Source: a virus
Lineage: Duplodnaviria > Caudoviricetes
Strand: one strand, 5' to 3'
IMG/VR virus record: IMGVR_UViG_3300032335_000138
Span: 1-25,748 of that record
DNA: 25,748 bases
Shown here: in pieces, positions 1 through 8,700 of the stretch
Layout of the letters: each line of letters opens with the position of its first letter
Position numbering within the stretch: position 1 is the stretch's first letter
Notes under the pieces: model-generated
Seen by the model: the letters and a program-made list of their open reading frames with translations, nothing else
What the model was told of the DNA's origin: nothing
Databases searched by the model: none
Made by a program: the position numbers and the translations under genes

Positions 1-102
1 TGTGCCTGTTTTTGTCCAATAGGTTTGAACTACATAGTCGGATTCAGTACCAACTGTAGTTACCTTCATGCCTGTTACGGCCCATGTGTAAGTGATTGAC
101 AT
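1..102 (-). CDS. Hypothetical phage protein, N-terminal part only (MSITYTWAVTGMKVTTVGTESDYVVQTYWTKTGT...), runs off window edge
   Basis: ATG at 102-100, 12 nt after the chaperone stop, preceded by AAGGG; open to position 1. The TYTW...VV..W..TG pattern resembles small proteins that follow fibre genes. Not in the ORF track. Confidence 0.7.
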   Translation of the reverse strand, partial: MSITYTWAVTGMKVTTVGTESDYVVQTYWTKTGT

Positions 103-114
103 TTTATAAACCCT

Positions 115-510
115 TTATGGTTTTGTTGGGAAAGTAACATTGACGGGAAATCCCGCTTGCTGTGGAATATCGCGCAATGCCTGCCTATATGCGGCCCAAG
201 CGTCTTTGGTTGTTTGCGGCACATCGCCCGCTTGTGTCCAATCTGTTTCTGCAAGCAATGCGTTTCTTTGCATCCTCACTTTTTCAGCAAGAACATCATT
301 GCTTGGTGGAATGTAGTTAGCAATTGGGCCATGTTTCCCATCAACCAATTCTGCAAACAAAACGCGCCCATGTTCTGCAACATCATTTGCAAATGCCGTG
401 AATGGCAAAACTTCAGAACCAAATTGGCTAACTGTTATTTGACAATCAATTAAAGTTTGTTCTTCATTTGCCCAAATGGGATTTGCAACGCTAGTGATTT
501 CTATTTTCAT
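115..510 (-). CDS. Tail fibre assembly chaperone (131 aa)
   Basis: C-terminal RNALLAETDWTQ...W..YRQALRDIPQQAGFP.NV.FP.KP motif typical of phage tail assembly chaperones; N-terminal LPFTA...D...HG..LF domain; lies directly after the long fibre. Confidence 0.85.
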   Translation of the reverse strand: MKIEITSVANPIWANEEQTLIDCQITVSQFGSEVLPFTAFANDVAEHGRVLFAELVDGKHGPIANYIPPSNDVLAEKVRMQRNALLAETDWTQAGDVPQTTKDAWAAYRQALRDIPQQAGFPVNVTFPTKP

Positions 511-520
511 ATTTTATCCT

Positions 521-3325
521 TTAAGAAATTCTTAACCATAAAGTAATGTCTTGATAATTTCCTGATCCGGGCGCACCGCTGTAACCCATACACCGCCAAG
601 TTCCACCACCACTTCCAGAATTAGCACCGCCTGCCGCAGAAAAATTCAAAACACTGCCTGCGGCTGTAGCGCCAATTGCGTAAGCACTGCCAAAACTATA
701 ACTACGCATAAAACCATAAGTTCCAACATCACCACCACTTGCGCCTGCAGTTGCATTTAAAACCGCACTAGTGTTAATTGAATTGGCATTAATTGCATTT
801 AAACGAGATGTACCATTTGGATCGCAATAATAATTAGTGTCGTTATAGTCATAAAAAATAGGTGCGCGAGAAGAACCATAAGCAACCAAGTTTGAACTGG
901 TGTCCATGTGTCCTTGAAGCCCATTATTAAGTTTCCAATAAACAAAACTTGCTCCTGACATTAGATACAAGTTAGAACTACTATATATTCCAGATGCTCC
1001 CCAAGCCGCGCCTAAACGCATATCTGAAACACCATTGCCTTCTGGATTTATAACTAAAAACCCGCTATCGTTAGTGGCAAAAGTAACTCGATTACCTGAT
1101 CCACCTCTTAAATTAAAGCCTCCATTTGCAGGATCAACATAAAAACTGGTGTCGTTACTATCGTAAAAAATTGGCGCTCGCATTGAAGCATTGGCTTGCC
1201 AAACACCATTGTTTAAAATCCATCCTGATGTGTATGCCGAACCAAAGTCACTGCCACCAACACCTCTACGAAATACCCAACCACGCCCATCACTATCCAT
1301 TGTCAGATATGTGTTGTATCCATCGCCAAAACCTGTCGGATTTGGAAAAGAACCGCCATTGGCTTTAAAACCAATTGCTGATGTTGTAGTGTTTCCCGCC
1401 CCCCAAAAGAAAATTTGATTAGCGCCACCTGTTGACGCTAAGTCACCACGAATGGCAACGCCATACATTGATGAAATATAATTTGGGTCGGTATAAAATG
1501 CAGTGTCGTTGCTATCGTAAAAAATTGGCGCGCGATAATCACCATTAGTTGTATAAGTACCAGTTCCACCGCCTTTGTTTGACAAGCCGTTGTAATCGGC
1601 AGAACCCGCTGTATCAGCATAGCCTGCGGCAACTTTGCGCCAAGAACTGAAGGAATTGCTTTCGTTATAACGAACCGATAAATATGGAACTGCTCTATCT
1701 CGGTCAACAGCAAACATTGCGCCATAAGAACCCGCGCCAGTAGCGGGATATTGAGAACCTAAACCAATATACCAAGAATAATATTGAGTGCCACCAGTGT
1801 TTGGGCCGTTAGTGCTACCTTGAACATACCGATAGCCAAAATCATATGAAGGGGTTGACGCATCAAATGAAGTGCGTTGGCTATGCGTTTGCCCCATGTT
1901 GTTAAACAAACCAGTCGAACTGATCCCATTTAACAAACCTGCGTCATAACTTGTAGAACCCGGAGGGCCAACAGGGCCAGTTGGGCCTGTCGCACCCGTT
2001 GGGCCAGTAGGGCCAATGCCACCAGTAGGGCCTGTTGGGCCTGTATTTCCTTGAATACCCTGTGGGCCTTGTGGGCCTGTCGGCCCTGTCGGGCCTGTTG
2101 GGCCAGTTGGGCCAGTTGGGCCATTAGGGCCAATGCCACCAGTAGGGCCAGTTGGGCCTGTAGGCCCTGTTGGGCCTGTCGCACCCGCAGGGATACCAAA
2201 GTTAAATACTGCCGCGCTAGATGTGCCGCTGTTAGAAACAGTTGCAGGGCTTCCCGCTGACAAAGTTGTAGTTGTACCAACAGCAATGGTTGCGGCTGAT
2301 CCTGTAGGGCCTGTAGGGCCAGTTGGGCCTGTCGGGCCAACAGGGCCAGTAGCACCAGTTGGGCCAACAGGGCCAGTTGCGCCTGTAGGGCCTGTAGGGC
2401 CGCTTGGGCCTGTAGGAATAACAAAGTTAAGAATTGCCGCAGATGATGTGCCTGAGTTAGTGACACTAGCCGCACCACCCGCAGGGCTTGTTGAAGTTGA
2501 ACCAACAGTAATGGTTGCCGCTGTTCCTGTCGGGCCTGTAGGGCCTGTAGCGCCTGTAGCACCCGTTGCGCCTGTTGGGCCAACTTGCGTATAAAGAACT
2601 TGTGAAGCAGTAAAAATAATTGATGGCGATCTAGGATAATTGCCACTTGCCGCCAATGTTTCTATTGAAACGCCAGTATTTCCTGTTTGCCAAAATACTT
2701 GAATGTAATCATTGGCCGCCAAACTCAAAACAAAATTAACAGTAAAAACTTCTGATGTAAAAGAACCACCCGCTTTATCGGGTACATCAAAATGTGAATT
2801 AGTATCAGATAAATTTGTGCCGTTTTTCTTTAGCCAAATTTGTGTTGACCCAAGGCTATTGCTTGTATTGGTAAACTGAATTGAAAATGTAAGGCTATAA
2901 ACGCCTGCAAAACCAAAATTGATACGGCTACCTGATGTGACAGTAACGCCATTGTTTGAAGTATCTGCGCTATTTATAGTGATTGCGTAAGCGGTATTGA
3001 TTGCCGCGGCAGTTTGGTTTGTTGTATCCCAAAACGAACCCCAATAACCCAAAGCACCGCCTGCACCAGTAGGGCCAGTAGGGCCTACAGGGCCTACAGG
3101 GCCAGTATTTCCTATAGGGCCTTGTGGGCCAGTTGGGCCAGTTGGGCCTGTCGGGCCTGTCGGGCCAACTTGACCAATCTCAACGATTGATGCTACGCCA
3201 TCATTTTTCTTTAGGAACAACTTACCATCATTTGTATTAATAGCAAGTTCGCCCAAATCAAGATCGGCAGTTGTTGGAACTTTTGCCGCAACCGCTGATC
3301 TCTTAACCTGAATTTTATTAGCCAT
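521..3325 (-). CDS. Long tail fibre / receptor-binding protein (934 aa): N-terminal KR...GELAIN domain, collagen blocks, C1q/BclA-C-like domain, knob repeats, RAPIFYD repeats, GTWRCMG tip
   Basis: [10 protein letters not shown]...[14 protein letters not shown] start; Gly-Pro-Thr triplets; YWGSF...[11 protein letters not shown]...[11 protein letters not shown] jelly-roll-like stretch; C-terminal GTWRCMG...LWLRIS; AAGGGA SD; followed by a chaperone gene. Confidence 0.88.
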   Translation of the reverse strand: MANKIQVKRSAVAAKVPTTADLDLGELAINTNDGKLFLKKNDGVASIVEIGQVGPTGPTGPTGPTGPQGPIGNTGPVGPVGPTGPTGAGGALGYWGSFWDTTNQTAAAINTAYAITINSADTSNNGVTVTSGSRINFGFAGVYSLTFSIQFTNTSNSLGSTQIWLKKNGTNLSDTNSHFDVPDKAGGSFTSEVFTVNFVLSLAANDYIQVFWQTGNTGVSIETLAASGNYPRSPSIIFTASQVLYTQVGPTGATGATGATGPTGPTGTAATITVGSTSTSPAGGAASVTNSGTSSAAILNFVIPTGPSGPTGPTGATGPVGPTGATGPVGPTGPTGPTGPTGSAATIAVGTTTTLSAGSPATVSNSGTSSAAVFNFGIPAGATGPTGPTGPTGPTGGIGPNGPTGPTGPTGPTGPTGPQGPQGIQGNTGPTGPTGGIGPTGPTGATGPTGPVGPPGSTSYDAGLLNGISSTGLFNNMGQTHSQRTSFDASTPSYDFGYRYVQGSTNGPNTGGTQYYSWYIGLGSQYPATGAGSYGAMFAVDRDRAVPYLSVRYNESNSFSSWRKVAAGYADTAGSADYNGLSNKGGGTGTYTTNGDYRAPIFYDSNDTAFYTDPNYISSMYGVAIRGDLASTGGANQIFFWGAGNTTTSAIGFKANGGSFPNPTGFGDGYNTYLTMDSDGRGWVFRRGVGGSDFGSAYTSGWILNNGVWQANASMRAPIFYDSNDTSFYVDPANGGFNLRGGSGNRVTFATNDSGFLVINPEGNGVSDMRLGAAWGASGIYSSSNLYLMSGASFVYWKLNNGLQGHMDTSSNLVAYGSSRAPIFYDYNDTNYYCDPNGTSRLNAINANSINTSAVLNATAGASGGDVGTYGFMRSYSFGSAYAIGATAAGSVLNFSAAGGANSGSGGGTWRCMGYSGAPGSGNYQDITLWLRIS
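837..1534 (-). repeat. Three dispersed 32-bp repeats encoding RAPIFYD(S/Y)NDT (837-868, 1149-1180, 1503-1534)
   Basis: 1149-1180 and 1503-1534 match at 30/32 nt; 837-868 matches the 1503 copy at about 25/32. Confidence 0.9.
1958..3175 (-). repeat. Collagen-like Gly-X-Y (mainly GPT) 9-bp tandem repeats in four blocks, interrupted by a C1q-like domain and two ~40-aa knob repeats
   Basis: Recurring tgggcctgt/agggcctgt/tgggccagt units; knobs GTAATITVG...[14 protein letters not shown] and GSAATIAVG...[14 protein letters not shown]. Confidence 0.95.
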
Positions 3326-3332
3326 GTGGCTT

Positions 3333-3356
3333 CCCTTTCGTTGCTATATAGCAGGG
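3333..3356 (-). promoter_or_regulatory. Structured leader of the long fibre gene: perfect 12-bp palindrome TGCTATATAGCA plus CCCU/AGGG pairing over the SD
   Basis: Palindrome at 3342-3353; CCCU (3356-3353) is complementary to AGGG (3336-3333) in the SD of the gene starting at 3325. Confidence 0.5.
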
Positions 3357-3366
3357 TAAATTTTAT

Positions 3367-4464
3367 TTAATATGTGCCACCATCAACATTGATTTCAACT
3401 GTACTTGCGGCAGTCAATTGGCCTTGCGCGTTTACAGAGAATGAAGCAAACGATGTGCCGCCTGCAACACCATAAGAACCCGCAGTAACAGCAGTGTTTG
3501 TAATGCTAAATGTTGTGCCTGTCAATGTTAAACCAGTACCCGCGCTATATGTTCCCGCGCCCGAAAACTGCGACCAAATAATAGGGCTAACACCTAAAGT
3601 GCCGCCTGCATTTGCCAAACAAACCCATCCTGTATCAGAAAGGGTTGTGCCTTGTTCAACAAAGGTGAAAGCAGAAATTAATGAATTCCAAGTGTTTGCA
3701 TCAGAACTACGCGACCATGCAGAAGCAGAAGCCACATAAATACCATTTTCAGCGGTGTTAGTTTGATCTTTAACTAATACTCGGTCGCCTGCGGATACAG
3801 TGTATCCATCGATGGTTAGCAATCCTGACAAAGAAATGTTTGCAACTGTACCAACAATACATGATGCCTTTACATCTAAACCTTGCGCCACATTGTCAAC
3901 ATAGTTTTTGGTTGCGGCATCTTGCGCGTTAACGGGTTCTGCCAAGTTGGTAATGTTAAAACCACCAAACGCATAGTTGGCTGTTGGAACAGTCAAATCG
4001 TTAATGTTTGCTGTTGTGGCCGCAGTAACCAAACCTTTGGCATTGACTGTGGTTTTTAGGAATGTACCAACATTGGCGTTAACAGTTGCCAAAGTTCCCG
4101 CGGCAGTCACATTGCTAGTGCCATCAAAACTTGGGCTGATGTAAGACAAATCACCAGTGATTGCAATGGTTCTTCCTGTGGCCAATGCTGTGGCTGTTCC
4201 TGAATTGCCAGTAACAGAACCAACAATGGCATTGCTGAAAGTCTTTGTGCCGCCAATTGTTTGGTTAGTTGAAGTGTCAACAAACGCACCATTACCCGCA
4301 ATCGGAATAATTGAAGTTGCCGTGCCGCCTGCACCGCCTGTGCCTGTGCCGTAATAAAGAACATTTGTTTGTTCGTTAAACGCCAACTCGGCATTTGCCA
4401 TTGTTGTTGGGCCGCCTGTGCCACCACCATTAGGCCTTCTTTTGATACGAATTGTGTTGCTCAT
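3367..4464 (-). CDS. Tail fibre protein, middle segment (365 aa)
   Basis: N-terminal MSNTIRIKRR...AELAFNE domain; ITNLAEPVNAQDAATKNYVD stalk motif; GDRVLVKDQT..AENGIYV domain; VNA(K/Q)G..TAA repeats; ends VDGGTY; AAGGA SD. Confidence 0.82.
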   Translation of the reverse strand: MSNTIRIKRRPNGGGTGGPTTMANAELAFNEQTNVLYYGTGTGGAGGTATSIIPIAGNGAFVDTSTNQTIGGTKTFSNAIVGSVTGNSGTATALATGRTIAITGDLSYISPSFDGTSNVTAAGTLATVNANVGTFLKTTVNAKGLVTAATTANINDLTVPTANYAFGGFNITNLAEPVNAQDAATKNYVDNVAQGLDVKASCIVGTVANISLSGLLTIDGYTVSAGDRVLVKDQTNTAENGIYVASASAWSRSSDANTWNSLISAFTFVEQGTTLSDTGWVCLANAGGTLGVSPIIWSQFSGAGTYSAGTGLTLTGTTFSITNTAVTAGSYGVAGGTSFASFSVNAQGQLTAASTVEINVDGGTY

Positions 4465-4473
4465 AATGATTCC

Positions 4474-4779
4474 TTAAAAATTTCCACCATCAGTGACTTC
4501 GGTTTGAGGGACATTGACCCAATCGCCATCCATCCACATAAGAACATCGCGGTTATTTGCGTCTGTAATGACGATTGGATAACCACCAATGTTTGATTCG
4601 CCCGATGGGCCAACAGGCCCAACAATGCCGCGGTTTAATTGAATAACATTGTCGGGTAATTGTGTAATAACTGCATTAATTGATGCAGGGTTTTGAACAA
4701 CAAGTTTAAGATTATTTGGATCTTCAACCTGAACATTCACGCCATTAGTATTGCCAACATTGACCCTAATGTTTGCCAT
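4474..4779 (-). CDS. Short fibre adaptor/connector protein (101 aa)
   Basis: Beta-rich N-terminus, short collagen stretch GIVGPVGPSG, DVLMW.DGDWVN motif, ends TDGGNF; starts 1 nt after the preceding stop. Confidence 0.7.
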   Translation of the reverse strand: MANIRVNVGNTNGVNVQVEDPNNLKLVVQNPASINAVITQLPDNVIQLNRGIVGPVGPSGESNIGGYPIVITDANNRDVLMWMDGDWVNVPQTEVTDGGNF

Positions 4780-4780
4780 A

Positions 4781-5269
4781 TCAAGTCACCACAATTCCAT
4801 CAGAACGAACCAAGAACAACAAAAAGATAATTGAATCATCTTGCGGGTTTGTTGCATTAGCAGGGAAACCAATTTTTATCCTTCCAGAAAAGCCAACGCA
4901 GTCAACTGCGTTAATGTTTAGTTCTGGGTCAGAATTAATTAAATTCCATGTGTTATCGTTAATAACAAGTGTGAAAAATCCTGTAGCATCACTTCGGTTT
5001 GTAATGCTTAAAGCAATAGGTGTTGGTGTGGGCGTGTAGTTGCCGATATCAAACGACAAACCATTGCGGGTATCTTGAATATTAGATACGGCCCTTCGAA
5101 CGATTTGGGCATCAATGGAAGCACCGCCAAGGTCGATGGGGGTTACTCCATCTGCCGCTGTCATTGTCATGTTCCAGTAGGTTCTTTGTTGCCAAACCAA
5201 CTCGCCTGCAATGATTTCGTTATCGAAACCGCTAACTTGAAGTAGCGTGTTTTTGTTGAAAATAGCCAT
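4781..5269 (-). CDS. Fibre-anchoring collar / BppU-N / T5 p132-like beta-sandwich protein (162 aa)
   Basis: TPIDLGGASIDAQIVRR...D...G.FTL pattern typical of fibre-attachment domains; first gene of the fibre module. Start moved to ATG 5269 (MAIFNKN) because of the AGGGA SD. Confidence 0.62.
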   Translation of the reverse strand: MAIFNKNTLLQVSGFDNEIIAGELVWQQRTYWNMTMTAADGVTPIDLGGASIDAQIVRRAVSNIQDTRNGLSFDIGNYTPTPTPIALSITNRSDATGFFTLVINDNTWNLINSDPELNINAVDCVGFSGRIKIGFPANATNPQDDSIIFLLFLVRSDGIVVT

Positions 5270-5276
5270 GTGTTTC

Positions 5277-5316
5277 CCTGCACTCAGGTTGTGACGATCC
5301 CCGCGCACTCGCGGGG
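5277..5316 (-). promoter_or_regulatory. Twin RNA hairpins with identical G-AGUG-C loops in the leader of the fibre module
   Basis: CCCCGCG-AGUG-CGCGGGG (5316-5299) and CCUG-AGUG-CAGG (5288-5277); the second overlaps the SD; no U-tract follows. Confidence 0.6.
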
Positions 5317-5342
5317 GTACGATGCTATCTTGTATTGTCTAA

Positions 5343-5371
5343 ATTTTACTGTCTAAATTAAATTGGCGCAA
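5343..5371 (-). promoter_or_regulatory. Candidate sigma70-like promoter TTGCGC-17 nt-TAAAAT, overlapped by a 10-bp direct repeat
   Basis: -35 at 5371-5366, -10 at 5348-5343; tgtctaaatt occurs at 5336-5345 and 5350-5359; this is one of the few intergenic gaps. Weak -35 match. Confidence 0.35.
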
Positions 5372-5768
5372 CAGGCCAAACCACATTAAATGGGTAGCCT
5401 GATTGTTGGGGGATATCCCTTAATTCTTGCCGATAAGTAGCCCAAGCGGCTTGCTGTTCAGGGGTTAAAGGATTGTTTGGAATTTGTGTCCAATCGCTTA
5501 GATATAACAAATCCAATCTTTTTTGCGAATCATAAGCAATTGCCAAAGAAGGGTCTGCCACCCAAGATTTAGTTGTGTAATCAAAAACACAGAAATTATT
5601 GGGTGGCGCAGGGATTTCAACAGGCAGGCCGTTTTCAACATAAAACTGCGTGTCGTTATAAGAACCTTCTAAATATGCCTGCCCATCAGTCAATTGAACT
5701 TGAATATCGCTTGACTGAACAACGCCAACAATCTGGCCTGTTTGAATTGTGTAGATTGTGTAAATCAT
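5358..5768 (-). CDS. Tail fibre/tip assembly chaperone (136 aa)
   Basis: KRLDLLYLSDWTQIP..PLT.EQQAAWATYRQELRDIPQQSGYPFNVVWP motif; ATGA-coupled to the tail tip gene. Confidence 0.85.
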   Translation of the reverse strand: MIYTIYTIQTGQIVGVVQSSDIQVQLTDGQAYLEGSYNDTQFYVENGLPVEIPAPPNNFCVFDYTTKSWVADPSLAIAYDSQKRLDLLYLSDWTQIPNNPLTPEQQAAWATYRQELRDIPQQSGYPFNVVWPVAPI

Positions 5769-8700
5769 CGCTTTACCTCTGTCAATGCTAATGATCTATA
5801 TCGTGCGCCATGATTGCTAGTGAATGCGCCACCAGTATCAGAAATCGCCTTCAAGATATATGTATGCGTTCCCGCGGGTGGTTCATCCACAAAGAAGAAA
5901 CAATAAATCAAACTATAAGCAAAAAAACCAGAACCCGCACGAATATCAATTCTTGTTTCTGGATCGTACCATTCGCCACCATAAACCAGTGTTTCAACAC
6001 CAGATGTAACGCGATAAACAGCAATCACATAACCACCATTTCGGTTTTCTGGCATGAATGAAACATCAACTTTAATTGGGAATCCTGAACTAGTGATGTT
6101 TAATGTTTGAACATTCCAAACAGTTCCACTTGTAAAAATAAGCGATGCCGCTGTTGTGATAGATACCAAGTTAGTAACAGCGTTTGTATTGATGTTTCCA
6201 GTAGCAACCACATTGCCGTTCAAATACATTGAACTTCCATTGAAAGCAATGTTTGTAGATGAATTGCCAATAGCCGCAGTTCCATTACCATTCAATATTG
6301 CGCCTGATCCTGTCATTGATGTGCCAGAGATTGCCGCATTGCCAACTTGAATGTTTTTGCTTGCGCTTACAGTAATAGAACTTAATTGTTCGGCTGTAAT
6401 TGTGTTAGCCGCTATCTTGCTTGCATCAATTGTGTTTGCGCCAATATTGCCCGCTGTCAAAACGCCAACTTGCGCTGTACCGATGGCCGCGCCTGCAATG
6501 TAGGTTGAAGCATTACCAGAAGTGATTTGGCTTAGATATGCAAAACCGCCTGCACCCAAAGTGCCAAGGGTTACATTGCTGTTCAAAATTCCCGCAGGCG
6601 CATTAGATAAGTTGGTGTTAACAGCATTGATGCCGTTAGGTGTAACTGAACCACCGCCTGCACCAGACAATGTGCCATTTGAATTGATAGAAATGTTTGT
6701 ATTTATCCATCCCGAAGATGGCGTAATGTTGCCAAAGTTCAAAGGCGTTCCATTGCCCAAGATCACATTGCCTGAACCATCTTTTAATGTCAGATTGTTT
6801 GAATTAATGTTAGATGGGAAAACAACAGTGCCGTTCAGCGTAATTGCTGACCCGTTATATGTGATGTTATTGCTTGCATTACCAACTGCAAACAAACCAT
6901 TGGAATAAATAACAGCACCCGAACCCGTCATTGTTGTGCCGCTGATAGTCGCAGTGTTCGCTTGGATAGTTCCAGAAACAGTTAAGTTGCCTGTGTTTGC
7001 ACTGATAGCAGAAAGGCTACCAACTTTTAGCGCAGACAAATAAGGCACATTCCAAACTGTTAAACCAGTTGCAGGGTTATAAATACCATCTGATTGATAA
7101 ACAGATTCGCCTGCGGTGATTGAAGGTGGCGTTGCCTGCCAAACAGTTCCACCGCCCCATGAATCATTTGGCGGGAATGAACTTGGGCCAGATGTTGTAA
7201 TGGTTGAAGGCGTTGATGCCAAAGAAGTTAGCGTTGTTTTGGAATAGCAGATTCGCGCAGAAGCGCCCTGATTTCCTGTCCCGCCTGTTGGCCCTGTAGG
7301 CCCTGTATCGCCCGTTGGCCCTGTAGGCCCTGTTGCCCCATTGTTTCCCGCGTAGCCTGCCGCAATAATGCTTGCTAATGTCCAATTAATTGATGTGGTG
7401 GTGGCCGTAGCCGTATCAGAAATATTTACAGAAGCCGCCCACAATGTATAGCCCGAACTTGGCGCAGAAGTAATTGATGTACTCCAACCAGATGGCACGG
7501 GCGTAAATGAAGAACTCGACCATGTATATGTTGAAGTTCCTGTTGGCCCTGCGGGCAAAGTTATGGCCCACTGATAAACAATTGGCCTTGCAGTTTGCAA
7601 ACCATTCAAACCATTTGTGCCGTTTGTGCCGTTAGTTCCATTTTGGCCATTGGCAGTAATAGCAGAAATTGTGTATCCACTCGACCAACTAATTGTTGAA
7701 GTGGCCGTGCCAACAACAGCAACAACAGGCTTTGTTGCAGTCCATAGTTGGATTAATGGAACATTTGGGTTGGCGGGAATTGTTGTTGTCCATCCACCAC
7801 CGCCCGTGTAACTTGCATTGGTTGCAGTTGACCAAGTGTAGGTTGATTGCCCACTAGGGTTAGAAGGCGTTGCAGTTGACCATTGATATAGCGTTGGTGA
7901 TGCAGATTGGTTGCCATCAGTACCCGGATTTCCCGTTGCGCCTTGATCCACAAATACAAACTGCAAAATAGATGATGCACCTTGCGACACAACACCAAGC
8001 GCAGATTTATAACGCACTGGAACTGTCATTGTTGCAGGCGATGCACTCATTGCCGTTGGAATGCCCCATTGTGCAAATGTTCCACCATCAGTTAATGAAC
8101 CCATCACCAAACCATTTGTTGTGGTGATATCTGCATAGCCCGTAGTTGATGAACCGCCAATGCGCCAAGTGTTATTTACAAATGAAGCATCACTGTCAGT
8201 TTGTGCTGTAACAAAATCAATAGCACCGCCTGCGGCAGAACCATACAGTTGTGTAATTAATCCCGTGAACGATGGAACAAATGAAGAATTCCGCGGCACT
8301 TGCATAACCACAGGTGAAAAGGTGGCCAAGAAAGTACCCGCAACCGCAGATGTGGTTGGGTTAGGCGACCAACTGAAACTTGTAGATGTTGCAGAAAGGG
8401 CAGAACCGCCCAATTCGTTGGCAACTTTATATGAGAAATAATAAGTGCTTGTAGGCAGATTAATGTTTTGGAAAACAAGATTTGTAGATGGCGCAAATGG
8501 TTGTGAGTTTGCTAATGTTTGTACACTCCAAACTTCCCAATCAGTTGTTGTTGGGCTACTGACAGTTGTATAGAACAAAGTTATTTCAGTAACGCGGCCA
8601 GTTGCAGGCACTCCGCAAACAACATCAAAATGTGGAATTGTTGCAGTGGTGTTTACATTGGTAACTGTTGGGGCTGTCAGATTGCTAAAAAAGTTAGGGT

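Noticed and set aside
521-900. Diversity-generating retroelement target at the fibre tip
   Set aside because: No reverse transcriptase and no adenine-mismatched TR/VR pair in the window; the C-terminus does not look like a C-type lectin variable region.
2133-2594. Plus-strand 153-aa ORF with VGP/GPV collagen-like repeats
   Set aside because: Antisense shadow of the GPT repeat; the reverse complement of these codons naturally reads as G-P-V without stops.
1930-2646. 238-aa alternative-frame ORF rich in QAL/AQL
   Set aside because: Frame shadow of the stop-free 9-bp repeats inside the fibre gene; no SD or slippery site noticed.
1958-3175. Repeats as a possible CRISPR array
   Set aside because: 9-bp in-frame coding repeats with no unique spacers and no cas genes.
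5299-5316. GC-rich hairpin as an intrinsic terminator
   Set aside because: No U-tract on either strand; treated as a leader structure instead.
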